Positions 30,701-38,565 of a stretch of 64,000 nucleotides of DNA are shown here, one piece after another. A program made the position numbers and the translations under genes. This DNA comes from an uncultured Bacilli bacterium (GTDB taxonomy: Bacteria; Bacillota_I; Bacilli_A; RF39; UBA660): NCBI GenBank assembly GCA_947623935.1, contig CANQIE010000001.1:4169-68168 (forward strand), written 5' to 3'. The number at the start of each line of letters is the position of its first letter. Within the stretch, counting starts at the first letter, position 1. The notes beneath the pieces are model-generated. The model did no database searches. It was given only the letters and a program-made list of their open reading frames with translations, and was not told the origin of the DNA.

Positions 30701-31048
30701 AGGTAAAAATCTTAAATAACCCATTAAATGGGTAACTACAATTTTAGGCTTTTTTGATATGAGGGCATTGAGCGTTTCTAATCTCGTTACCATTAAATCA
30801 GGACTAATAGCAATTGCTTCACTGGTTAAAAAGTCATCCATGGGAAAAAGTAGTACATCCGAAGTATAATTAGACAAACTTTCATAAAGTTTATTGGCTT
30901 CAAACAAAGTGGAAGTAACAATTAAAAAAGATTTCTTTTTCTTGCAAAAATCACTATAGACACCCACGCAAAAAAGCTCATCGGTTAATCCCGTGAACCC
31001 TGTCTTATTCTCAAATAAATCTGGTAATAAGTTTTGCAGTAAATTCAT
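27758..31048 (-). CDS. mfd: transcription-repair coupling factor
   Basis: 1096 aa; Walker A GDVGYGKTEVA, DEEQRFGV helicase motifs, RNAP-interaction and TRG domains. Confidence 0.95.
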   Translation of the reverse strand: MNLLQNLLPDLFENKTGFTGLTDELFCVGVYSDFCKKKKSFLIVTSTLFEANKLYESLSNYTSDVLLFPMDDFLTSEAIAISPDLMVTRLETLNALISKKPKIVVTHLMGYLRFLPTPAKYQESIIELHVNDEIDPKTLEEKLYHIGYVPQTLVTKTGEMGIRGFVIDIFPIDYSHPVRFEFFGDTIESIRLFDEDTQKSIEKIDAISIYPYSEFLVDDDTIDETKQKYLPTYSNKIASLMDYLDEPQVIYKDYNQMKVSYTSTLQEVMEYQNDKDTDFKGEYFFDFLKLNPKEVSYYYSIDNIGHDKNIKLLNFEAKGILPFNENVEAINRYLKEQHDLKKTIVICLKGYMISNFVKYLTVPYVEASMDHIIEGAINIVSFDMNQGFTYKNYIFLTAKELFKNVVSKKIYKTNFKYASKIKDINKLEIGDYIVHYVHGIGIYNGIKTLSKGNLKKDYLELLYQGNDKLYIPVEKIDLISKYSGNEGRVPKINKLGGTEWKKVKNRVRGRIKDIADQLLRLYAERELKKGFAFSPDNKLQIDFEKEFPYEETKDQLLSTSQIKEDMESVHPMDRLLCGDVGYGKTEVAFRAIFKAILDSKQVLYLCPTTILSNQQYENAKVRFQHFPVNMALLNRFTTPKEVKRIIEGLKDGSIDLVFGTHRLLSDDIRPKDLGLLVIDEEQRFGVTHKEKIKKYKSNVDVLTLTATPIPRTLQMSMVGIRSLSLITTPPMDRYPVQTYVLEENNQIIKDAIYKELARNGQVFLLYNRVMNIEQKVSEIQALVPEARINYAHGQMSKNELENQMMAFQNHEFDVLICTTIIETGIDMPNVNTLIIIDADRFGLAQLYQIRGRVGRSNKIAYAYLMYQGNRMLTESAIKRLNAIKEFTELGSGFSIATRDLSIRGAGDILGVEQAGFIDTVGIDLYLKMLDEEVAHLKGEKTVTDEVQDTKPYLDIETHIADEYVEDTDLKIEIHKKINEIDSYSKLLAIKEELEDRFGKIDEAMLIYMYEEWFEKLAKKLNIIEVRQNRNSIEMIFSEEQTKKIDGEKVFMEAMKISNMFRFGVRGPCFAIILDTIHLEKHYIYYLIDILKVIDEE

Positions 31049-31057
31049 GACCTTCTC

Positions 31058-31618
31058 CTATTTATGATTGTATTTACTCATTAACGTTTCAAAGTCTTCT
31101 TTTAGAAAATCAGTAAGAACTTGTGTTATGGTCTTTTCTAGTTGAATAATTTCTTGTTGTTCTTCTTTCGAAAAAGTAGAAAGCACATAGTCTTTCGTAT
31201 CGATAGCCTTATTATTGGAAATACCTAGTTTTAATCTTTTATAAGCCTCTGTATTTAAAAGTCTTGCAATATCTTTTAGTCCATTATGGCCTCCAGAAGA
31301 ACCTTGTTTTCGTAATCGAAAAGTACCTAATGGTAAATCTAAATCATCATGGATAATTAAAAGATGATCTAAGTCAATTTCAAAATAGTCTACAAACTTC
31401 TTAACCGCTTCTCCGGATAAATTCATATATTGTTGAGGTTTTAAAAGAATGACTTTTTCATTATCAATTCTTCCTTCGCCATAGAGACCATGAAATTTTT
31501 CTTTATTGATTTCGATATTGTTTTCTTTAGCAAAACAATCTAAAAAATGAAATCCCATATTGTGTCTTGTATTTTCATATTCCTTACCTGGATTTCCTAA
31601 ACCTACGATTAGATACAT
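31058..31618 (-). CDS. pth: peptidyl-tRNA hydrolase
   Basis: MYLIVGLGNPGKEYENTRHNMGF canonical Pth N-terminus. Confidence 0.95.
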   Translation of the reverse strand: MYLIVGLGNPGKEYENTRHNMGFHFLDCFAKENNIEINKEKFHGLYGEGRIDNEKVILLKPQQYMNLSGEAVKKFVDYFEIDLDHLLIIHDDLDLPLGTFRLRKQGSSGGHNGLKDIARLLNTEAYKRLKLGISNNKAIDTKDYVLSTFSKEEQQEIIQLEKTITQVLTDFLKEDFETLMSKYNHK

Positions 31619-31622
31619 ATTA

Positions 31623-32465
31623 TCACTTCCCTAAATGGTATTCTTTATAAATGATACTTTTTGGAACTTGTCTTTGTTTTGCAACTTCTTTGATGGCATC
31701 TTTTTCACTCATACCATCTTCGATATAGAGTTTAACATGTTCAACAATAGATAAATCACTATAATCCTCTTCCATTGTATTTCCAGCAACAACAAGAACA
31801 TATTCTCCTTTTAACATCTCTTCTACATCTTTTTTAATTGACGAAACAGTTCCTCGATAAATCTCTTCATGAATCTTTGATATCTCACGGCAAATAGCAA
31901 TTTCCCGATCACCTAATATTTCTTGAATACTTTCTAGTGTTTCCATTAAGCGATGAGGTGCCTCATAAAAGATCATGGTATATGGAAACGGGCTTAACTT
32001 TTTTAACTCTTTTTCACGTTTCGTTTTCTTTGCATTTAAAAAACCATAGAAAAGAAAGGGTGATGGGGCAAGTCCAGACATCGTTAAAGCAGGTACAAAA
32101 GCAGTAGGTCCTGGAAGCGAAATAACAGGATAACCATGATCTAAAATGAAAGATACGACCTTGTATCCGGGATCACTTATAATAGGAGTTCCTCTGTCAG
32201 TAACAAGACCTATCGTTTTTCCTTCTTGTAAATAAGACAAAGCTAACTCTTTCATCTTATCTTCATTGTGATCATCGGAATGAATAAGTTTTTTGGTAAT
32301 ATCTAAATATTTTAAAAGTTGAGCGGTTACACGCGTATCTTCACAAAACAAAACATCAACTTCTTTTAAAACATTTATAGCACGCATAGTAATATCTTCT
32401 CTATTTCCAATAGGTGTAGGAATTAAATAGAGTTTTGCTCCTTCTTGATAACTTTTTTGATTCAT
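31623..32465 (-). CDS. rsmI: 16S rRNA (cytidine1402-2'-O)-methyltransferase
   Basis: LYLIPTPIGNREDITMRAINVLKEVDVLFCEDTR tetrapyrrole-methylase fold; start taken at MNQKSYQ. Confidence 0.85.
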   Translation of the reverse strand: MNQKSYQEGAKLYLIPTPIGNREDITMRAINVLKEVDVLFCEDTRVTAQLLKYLDITKKLIHSDDHNEDKMKELALSYLQEGKTIGLVTDRGTPIISDPGYKVVSFILDHGYPVISLPGPTAFVPALTMSGLAPSPFLFYGFLNAKKTKREKELKKLSPFPYTMIFYEAPHRLMETLESIQEILGDREIAICREISKIHEEIYRGTVSSIKKDVEEMLKGEYVLVVAGNTMEEDYSDLSIVEHVKLYIEDGMSEKDAIKEVAKQRQVPKSIIYKEYHLGK

Positions 32466-32469
32466 AAAA

Positions 32470-33195
32470 TCAACTCTTTCCAAATAGAGATAAAATCTCT
32501 TTTCGATAACTGCCATCTTGGTTATGAATATAAAGTGGCGGTAATAATTTTACACCTATTTTTCCATTTTTACTAGCCTCAATTAAAAATAAATTAGATT
32601 CTTTATTTACTTTGGGATAAATAAATTGAATACGTTTAGGTTCTAGATGGTATTTTTGAAGTAGAGCAAGAATCTCTACCACTCTCTCTGTTCGATGCAC
32701 CATTGCAAAACGACCATCATTTTTCAAGAGTTTTCGTACAATATCAAGACTTTCTTCTAACGTAATAGCTACTTCATGTCGTGCAATCGTTTTGTGACTA
32801 TCTTGATTCACAACACTTTTTTGAGAAGTCTTAAAATAAGGCGGATTCATAGTAATAACATCAAAAGAATCCGATTCAAAATCTTCTTTTAAGTCTAAAA
32901 CATTTTTATTAATTAAAGTAATAGCTTGTTCTTTATGATTAATTTCAACTGATTTTTTAGCTAACTCAAAAACTTCTTTTTGAATTTCAACTCCTGTGAT
33001 ATGAGCTTTGGTTTTCGTTGATAAGATTAATGGAATTGGTGCATTTCCACAACAAAGATCTAGAATTTCTTTATCTTTTAGATGAATTTCTACAAAATTC
33101 GCTAACAAAAAAGAATCGAGCGAAAATGAAAACCAATCCGTATTTTGCATAATTTTTAAGTTAGAAAAAGAAAGTAAATCATGTAATACTTCCAT
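32470..33195 (-). CDS. tRNA (adenine37-N6)-methyltransferase-like SAM-dependent methyltransferase (YabB/TrmN6 family)
   Basis: DLCCGNAPIPLIL SAM motif and NPPY (ITMNPPYF) N6-adenine MTase motif. Confidence 0.7.
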   Translation of the reverse strand: MEVLHDLLSFSNLKIMQNTDWFSFSLDSFLLANFVEIHLKDKEILDLCCGNAPIPLILSTKTKAHITGVEIQKEVFELAKKSVEINHKEQAITLINKNVLDLKEDFESDSFDVITMNPPYFKTSQKSVVNQDSHKTIARHEVAITLEESLDIVRKLLKNDGRFAMVHRTERVVEILALLQKYHLEPKRIQFIYPKVNKESNLFLIEASKNGKIGVKLLPPLYIHNQDGSYRKEILSLFGKS

Positions 33196-33983
33196 TATTT
33201 AACCTCTTCTAAAGCAACTACTAAGGTATGATGATCTTTAAATTCAACGGTCGCTTTTTTAGCAAACACATCGAGTGAAATAATTTTTCCTTTGCCATCA
33301 ACGGTATCGATATAGGTACCTACACTAGGTAAATCTTTCTTTAATTCGGTATAAACTTCATCTTCATAATTCAAACAACATAGTAATCTTCCACAAGAAC
33401 CATTGATTTTATTTGGGTTTAGAGCAATAAATTGGTTTTTAGCCATATTGATAGAAACACTATTAAAGTCTGTTAAGAAACTACTGCAACATAAGAATCT
33501 ACCACAAGGCCCTAAGCCTCCCACTTCTTTGGCTTTATCACGAACACCTATTTGACGAAGTTCAATACGAGTATGATAATTTTGTGCTATTTTTTTTACT
33601 AGTTCACGAAAATCTACTCTTCCATCGGCAATAAAATTAAAAAGTAATTGATTTCGATCAAAAGTAAATGAGGCATCAAGCAGGCGCATATCGAGATCTA
33701 ATTCTGTAACATATTCTCTTGCTGACTCCAAGGCACGCTCTGCTTCTTTTAAATTTTTCTTATGTTGTTTACGATCGGCTTCAGTAGCAATGCGAAGAAT
33801 TGGTTTTAAAGGAATACCAATACTATTTTCTTCGATTTCTTTATTTGGATTTACAACGGTTGCATATTGCATTCCTTTTTCCGTCTCCACAATAACATCC
33901 ATGTCCATTTCTATGTTACAACCCCCTGGTGTAAAATAATAGACGCGTCCACTAGAATTAAATTTAACACCTACAACTTTCAT
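33195..33983 (-). CDS. ricT: PSP1-domain regulatory protein RicT (YaaT)
   Basis: MKVVGVKFNSSGRVYYF...CGRLLCC PSP1 C-terminal cysteine cluster; conserved position after holB. Confidence 0.8.
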   Translation of the reverse strand: MKVVGVKFNSSGRVYYFTPGGCNIEMDMDVIVETEKGMQYATVVNPNKEIEENSIGIPLKPILRIATEADRKQHKKNLKEAERALESAREYVTELDLDMRLLDASFTFDRNQLLFNFIADGRVDFRELVKKIAQNYHTRIELRQIGVRDKAKEVGGLGPCGRFLCCSSFLTDFNSVSINMAKNQFIALNPNKINGSCGRLLCCLNYEDEVYTELKKDLPSVGTYIDTVDGKGKIISLDVFAKKATVEFKDHHTLVVALEEVK

Positions 33984-34879
33984 TTGGCTACACCTCCACT
34001 TAATTCAATGATGATTTTATCTAACATTAGATTTTGATTTACATTAGAATTGATTTTCATAGGTAAATGAGATACTAGTTCAATTTTTCTTAGTAAATTT
34101 TCTTTCGTATTTTGACTAGAAACTTTTTTAATTTCTTTTTCATAATCTTGAAAAATGGAATCATTGATAGGGTGATTTAGTTGAAAATAAAGCGTACTTT
34201 CATAAAATTGTTGTACTAACTGAAAAGCTTCTAGTAAGCCCTCTTTTGAATTTAGTATATTATCCCAAATTTGATTTAAGAAAGCAATAGTTTTAGGTCC
34301 TTTTTCTTCAATCATGGTACAAAAATTAACTATTTGATTAAGACGATTTTGATCGATTGAATTTTTTTCTTCACTAGGTTTTAACTGAAATAATTGACAT
34401 CTTGAAAGAATAGTCGGTAAAACTTGATTTCGATTAGGAGCAAGCAGAATAGCAACAATATTTTCCTCTGGTTCTTCTAAAAATTTTAATATCGAATTAG
34501 CAGATGATTTATTGAGCTTGTCCGCTCCATTTATAATGTATACACGTTTTCGATTATCTAAGGATTTTGTTTTAAATTCAGTTTGCAAATCAAGAAGTTG
34601 TTCTTTTTTGATCCAGAGTCCATCGGGTTCAATCAGTTTAAAATCTGGATAAATTCCAAGATCAATATGGTGACAAATAGTACAATTATCACACGTATTT
34701 TTTTCTGTTTTATGGCTTGTACAAATCAAAAATTTAGCAAAAGCAATAGCAAAGGCACGACTATCTGAAAAATGGTTTGTCTCAATAAAATAAGCATGAC
34801 TAACTTTTCCATTTTCAAGAACGGATTTAATCATCGCATCATAAAAATTAGATTGTATTTCTCGATAGTCACTAAACAC
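33980..34879 (-). CDS. holB: DNA polymerase III delta-prime subunit
   Basis: clamp-loader AAA+ like fold, zinc module CDNCTICHH, SRC motif (ILSRCQ). Confidence 0.85.
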   Translation of the reverse strand: MFSDYREIQSNFYDAMIKSVLENGKVSHAYFIETNHFSDSRAFAIAFAKFLICTSHKTEKNTCDNCTICHHIDLGIYPDFKLIEPDGLWIKKEQLLDLQTEFKTKSLDNRKRVYIINGADKLNKSSANSILKFLEEPEENIVAILLAPNRNQVLPTILSRCQLFQLKPSEEKNSIDQNRLNQIVNFCTMIEEKGPKTIAFLNQIWDNILNSKEGLLEAFQLVQQFYESTLYFQLNHPINDSIFQDYEKEIKKVSSQNTKENLLRKIELVSHLPMKINSNVNQNLMLDKIIIELSGGVAK

Positions 34880-34893
34880 TTTACCACCTCAAA

Positions 34894-35115
34894 TTAAAAT
34901 AAAAGTACTAACAGTAAAACTAGGGAAAATAATGCCGGTAAACCTAAAAAGCCTACGAGACAAATAGTAATTAAATTGATAGGAATCATCATGTTAAATG
35001 AAACCGCTAATAGGTTATATCCATATAAAATAAATGCTCCTAAAACAAATTTTTTTAGTAGAAGAAAGATGCCTTTTAACATTTTTTCACCTCTACTAAT
35101 ACTTATGATGGACAA
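34894..35115 (-). CDS. bofA: pro-sigma-K processing inhibitor BofA-like small membrane protein
   Basis: 73 aa, two TM helices, IPINLITICLVGFLGLPAL matches BofA VPINLVTTAISGILGIPGI; position downstream of recR as in B. subtilis (recR-yaaL-bofA). Confidence 0.55.
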   Translation of the reverse strand: MSIISISRGEKMLKGIFLLLKKFVLGAFILYGYNLLAVSFNMMIPINLITICLVGFLGLPALFSLVLLLVLLF

Positions 35116-35121
35116 CTTCTT

Positions 35122-35718
35122 TTATTCAATATTTTTACGATCTAGAAGGGCTCTTTCTAACGTCATAGAATCGATATATTCCATATCAGCTCCAATAGGT
35201 ATTCCACTTGCAATTTTAGATACTCTTAAAGGAAGACCATCTAAAATTTTCTTAATATATAAAGCCGTCGTTTCTCCTTCAATACTAGGTTTAACTGCTA
35301 AAATTATTTCTTTAAAATTATTTTCTTTAATTCTTGAAAGTAATTTATCGATGCCAATATCTTCGGGATTGATTCCTTCCATGGGCGATATTAGTCCATT
35401 TAATACATGGTACATTCCATTGTAAGAACCCAATCGTTCAAAAAGAATAACACTTCTTGGATCTTCTACTACACAAAGTGTGGATTGATCACGAAGTTTA
35501 TTACTACATATTTCACATATTTCGTTTTCAGTTAGATGATTACAAATCTTACACGGATGAATTTTTTCTTTGACATCTTTCATAGAATCAATGAAAGCTC
35601 CAACCTTTTCGGTATCGGCATCTAAAACAGAAAAAGCAAGCCTTTCAGCTGTCTTTTCACCTATACCAGGAAAACTTTTAAATCCTTCAATTAAATTTCG
35701 CAAACTCTCTGGGTACAT
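35122..35718 (-). CDS. recR: recombination protein RecR
   Basis: HhH, C4 zinc finger CKICNHLTENEICEIC, Toprim domain. Confidence 0.95.
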   Translation of the reverse strand: MYPESLRNLIEGFKSFPGIGEKTAERLAFSVLDADTEKVGAFIDSMKDVKEKIHPCKICNHLTENEICEICSNKLRDQSTLCVVEDPRSVILFERLGSYNGMYHVLNGLISPMEGINPEDIGIDKLLSRIKENNFKEIILAVKPSIEGETTALYIKKILDGLPLRVSKIASGIPIGADMEYIDSMTLERALLDRKNIE

Positions 35719-35726
35719 AAAGACTC

Positions 35727-36023
35727 CTAAAACATTCCTGGAAGATTGGCAAATTTACCCATTTTTGCTTCCGTCGTCTTATCGACTTGTTGAAAAGCAT
35801 TATTAATGGCTACCACTAAAACATCTTGAAGCATCTCAATATCGTCTTTTGATAACTCCATTCCTGGATCAATCATTATTTTAAGAACTTCTTTTTTACC
35901 ATTAACTACAACTTTTACAAAGGAGTTTTCTCCTGTAAACTCCATCTTGTCAATTTCTTCTTTGGCACTCATCATTTCTTTTTGCATAGCTTGCGCTTGT
36001 TTCATAATTGCTTGAATATTCAT
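35727..36023 (-). CDS. ybaB: nucleoid-associated protein YbaB/EbfC
   Basis: 98 aa, conserved between dnaX and recR. Confidence 0.9.
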   Translation of the reverse strand: MNIQAIMKQAQAMQKEMMSAKEEIDKMEFTGENSFVKVVVNGKKEVLKIMIDPGMELSKDDIEMLQDVLVVAINNAFQQVDKTTEAKMGKFANLPGMF

Positions 36024-36041
36024 TTTTATTCCTTCTTTCTT

Positions 36042-37751
36042 TTATTCATCCATCTGTACAATATTTTTACCAAAAAGTTGGATAGCTTCTTTCATTAAAT
36101 CGGAAGTTTTTTCTTCTTTTTCTTCTTTAAAAGCAGAAATAGGAGTTTCTTTTGTTTCTTCTTGGTATTTATATTCTACATGATCTTTTATATTTTTGAT
36201 ATAATTTTCTTTTTCTTTTTTCCATTGCTCTATTGATAAAAGTACAACGCTATAATCTTTATCAAAAATTTCTTTAAAAGCATTTTCAATTTTCTCGATC
36301 ATATCGTCTCCTCGTTCTACTAGAGAGTCGTATTGAAAAGCCAGAATAATATTTTTTGAACTTGCTGCTACAGGAACAGCATCAGCTAAAAAGCAAGCTA
36401 CTGCTCCAATTTTTCGATCGAGAGTATATTCCATTATTTTTTTCCAATTATTTTTTAATTCAGTTAATTCTTTTTTATCAGCTAAAGCAAAGGTATTGTT
36501 GATTCTTAAATTTTTTTGTGATTCTAAATTTATTTTTCCTTCTTTTTCTTTCGTAGAGATTAAGGATTTCTTTTCTTCCGCTTTAACTTCTATTTGCTCT
36601 TTGTTTTCAATATTTTTATTTTCTACTTTATTTTCACTTACTTTTTCTTTTTTAGTAAACATTTGTTTATACTCTTTTTTTACTCCTTTTTCAGAATATT
36701 CTTGTGAATCAACATTTTCTTTTAAATTCATAAATTGAAGTAACTTTATTTCTAATAAAAGTTTAATATTTAAACTTTCCTTTAACTCATTCAAGATTTG
36801 ATTAAGTGATAAAATAAAGCAATTAATAAATTCGTCATCAATATCATCTTGATGAGCTATATATTTTTTTACTAATTGATTTCTTAATTGGAGCATCAAA
36901 TCTTCAACAAAACGCAGTAAATCTTTTCCATTTTGATACATGATATCCAATTGTTCTAAGATGTATTCATTATCTTGTTCTTTTACTTTTTGAATGAAAG
37001 TATTAATTTCTTCAAAACTCATTAAACCATTGACTTCTCGCATATCATCCATGGTAATTTTATTATTAGAATAGGATGTTAATTTATCAAGTAACCCTAA
37101 AGCATCACGCATACCACCATCTGAATAATGTGCAATTTCTACTAAAACTTCTTCATCAATCTTAATTTTTTCTAAAGAAGTAATTTCTTTTAATCGATCA
37201 ACAATAGCTTTTTCATCTATTCTTTTAAAATTAAAGCATTGGCAACGCGAAACAATGGTAATAGGAACTTTATGCAAATCAGTTGTAGCTAAAATAAATA
37301 TAACGTGACTAGGTGGTTCTTCTAAAGTTTTTAACAAAGCATTGAAAGCACCGATAGAAAGCATATGTACTTCATCAATAATATAAACTTTATAATTCAA
37401 TTCGGTAGGAACTAAAGATACTTTATTTCGAAGTTCACGTATTTCATCCACTCCATTGTTAGAAGCTGCATCAATTTCTATAATATCAGGGCATTCCTTT
37501 TTACTAGCAACTAGACAATGAGAACATTCAAGACAAGGATTACCCTCTTTCAAATTAGTACAGTTAACTGCTTTAGCAAAAAGTTTAGCCATCGTTGTTT
37601 TTCCTGTACCTCGGGGTCCTGAAAATAAATATGCATGTGATATTTTTCCGATTTTTAACGCATTTAATAAAGTTTTTTTAACAACATTTTGGCCTACTAC
37701 TTCACTAAAAGTAACAGGGCGATACTTTCGATATAATGCCTGATATGCCAT
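36042..37751 (-). CDS. dnaX: DNA polymerase III subunits gamma/tau
   Basis: MAYQALYRKYRP...GPRGTGKTT Walker A, zinc module CxxC; start at MAYQ. Confidence 0.95.
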   Translation of the reverse strand: MAYQALYRKYRPVTFSEVVGQNVVKKTLLNALKIGKISHAYLFSGPRGTGKTTMAKLFAKAVNCTNLKEGNPCLECSHCLVASKKECPDIIEIDAASNNGVDEIRELRNKVSLVPTELNYKVYIIDEVHMLSIGAFNALLKTLEEPPSHVIFILATTDLHKVPITIVSRCQCFNFKRIDEKAIVDRLKEITSLEKIKIDEEVLVEIAHYSDGGMRDALGLLDKLTSYSNNKITMDDMREVNGLMSFEEINTFIQKVKEQDNEYILEQLDIMYQNGKDLLRFVEDLMLQLRNQLVKKYIAHQDDIDDEFINCFILSLNQILNELKESLNIKLLLEIKLLQFMNLKENVDSQEYSEKGVKKEYKQMFTKKEKVSENKVENKNIENKEQIEVKAEEKKSLISTKEKEGKINLESQKNLRINNTFALADKKELTELKNNWKKIMEYTLDRKIGAVACFLADAVPVAASSKNIILAFQYDSLVERGDDMIEKIENAFKEIFDKDYSVVLLSIEQWKKEKENYIKNIKDHVEYKYQEETKETPISAFKEEKEEKTSDLMKEAIQLFGKNIVQMDE

Positions 37752-37811
37752 ATTATTCACCCCCATGAGTCAACATATTTATTATATCATAGGTTCTAAT
37801 GAAAAAGATTC

Positions 37812-38264
37812 TTAATTTCGCTTTTTTTTAAAAAAATTAGATAAAAGAGATGCACACTCATTTTCAAGAATTCCACAAGTTATTTCTACTGCAGAATTAG
37901 CATCAACTTCAGTTAATAGTTTATGAACTATTTCTTTATTTTTATTATTTTTACTTTGGGTACCATAAACAATTCTTTTAAAACGTGCTTGTTGAATAGC
38001 ACTAGCACACATAGGGCAAGGTTCTAATGTAATATACATTACACATTCATTGAGACGCCAATTTTTTAATTTTCGAGAAACTTTTTCAATACACATCAAT
38101 TCTGCATGTTTTAAAACTGATTTTTTAGTATTTTTTTTATTATAAGCAGACGCAATAATTTTATTTTTATAAACAACAACAGCCCCTACTGGTACTTCTT
38201 CTTTTTTTAAACCTTTTTTAGCACAATTTAAGGCTTTATTCATATAATATTCATCTTTATTCAT
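37812..38264 (-). CDS. tadA: tRNA-specific adenosine-34 deaminase
   Basis: HAELMCIE and PCPMCASAI CDA zinc motifs. Confidence 0.9.
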   Translation of the reverse strand: MNKDEYYMNKALNCAKKGLKKEEVPVGAVVVYKNKIIASAYNKKNTKKSVLKHAELMCIEKVSRKLKNWRLNECVMYITLEPCPMCASAIQQARFKRIVYGTQSKNNKNKEIVHKLLTEVDANSAVEITCGILENECASLLSNFFKKKRN

Positions 38265-38282
38265 AAATTATCACCTCAAAAT

Positions 38283-38366
38283 AAAAGATGCACATGAGAT
38301 TAAACTATTAAAGCTGCTATCTTCCGATCCTGACTTGGTTCTAGTCATCTCATTGCATCGTTATTA
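38283..38366 (-). ncRNA. ffs: small SRP RNA (4.5S/scr), domain IV
   Basis: minus strand GATGCAATGAGAT...GTCAGGATCGGAAGATAGCAGC...ATCTCATGTGCATC: closing helix plus conserved GUCAGG-NNN-GGAA-NNN-AGCAGC with GGAA tetraloop; U-run follows. Confidence 0.6.
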
Positions 38367-38404
38367 TTGTAATCTATTTTTATTTTTTTTGCAACTATAT
38401 ATTA

Positions 38405-38420
38405 TGTTTCACGTGAAACT
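38405..38420. promoter_or_regulatory. parS site (TGTTTCACGTGAAACT)
   Basis: 15/16 match to Firmicutes parS consensus TGTTNCACGTGAAACA; palindromic. Confidence 0.7.
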
Positions 38421-38432
38421 CACATAAATTTT

Positions 38433-38446
38433 ATTTCCCGGGAAAT
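38433..38446. promoter_or_regulatory. Noc-binding site (NBS) palindrome ATTTCCCGGGAAAT
   Basis: exact match to published B. subtilis NBS 14-mer. Confidence 0.65.
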
Positions 38447-38512
38447 AATCTAAATAAAAATAGTATTTTTTTATTTACTTGGAAATATTTTTATAAAAAG
38501 AAAATCAAATTT

Positions 38513-38526
38513 ATTTCCTGGGAAAT
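38513..38526. promoter_or_regulatory. NBS variant ATTTCCTGGGAAAT
   Basis: 13/14 match to NBS consensus. Confidence 0.5.
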
Positions 38527-38538
38527 ATTTTTTAACAA

Positions 38539-38554
38539 TGTTTCACGTGAAACT
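38539..38554. promoter_or_regulatory. parS site (TGTTTCACGTGAAACT), second copy
   Basis: identical to 38405..38420; 12 bp downstream of gyrA stop. Confidence 0.7.
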
Positions 38555-38565
38555 TCTCAATTATT

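Noticed and set aside
34976-35425. 149-aa plus-strand ORF overlapping recR/bofA
   Set aside because: antisense to well-supported recR; no motif, typical shadow ORF
37767-37811. expected SRP RNA/scr between tadA and dnaX by Bacillus synteny
   Set aside because: only 45 bp with no conserved SRP motif; the SRP RNA is instead upstream of tadA
38473-38486. ATTTACTTGGAAAT, third NBS-like element
   Set aside because: three mismatches and not palindromic; probably a decayed site, not listed as a feature
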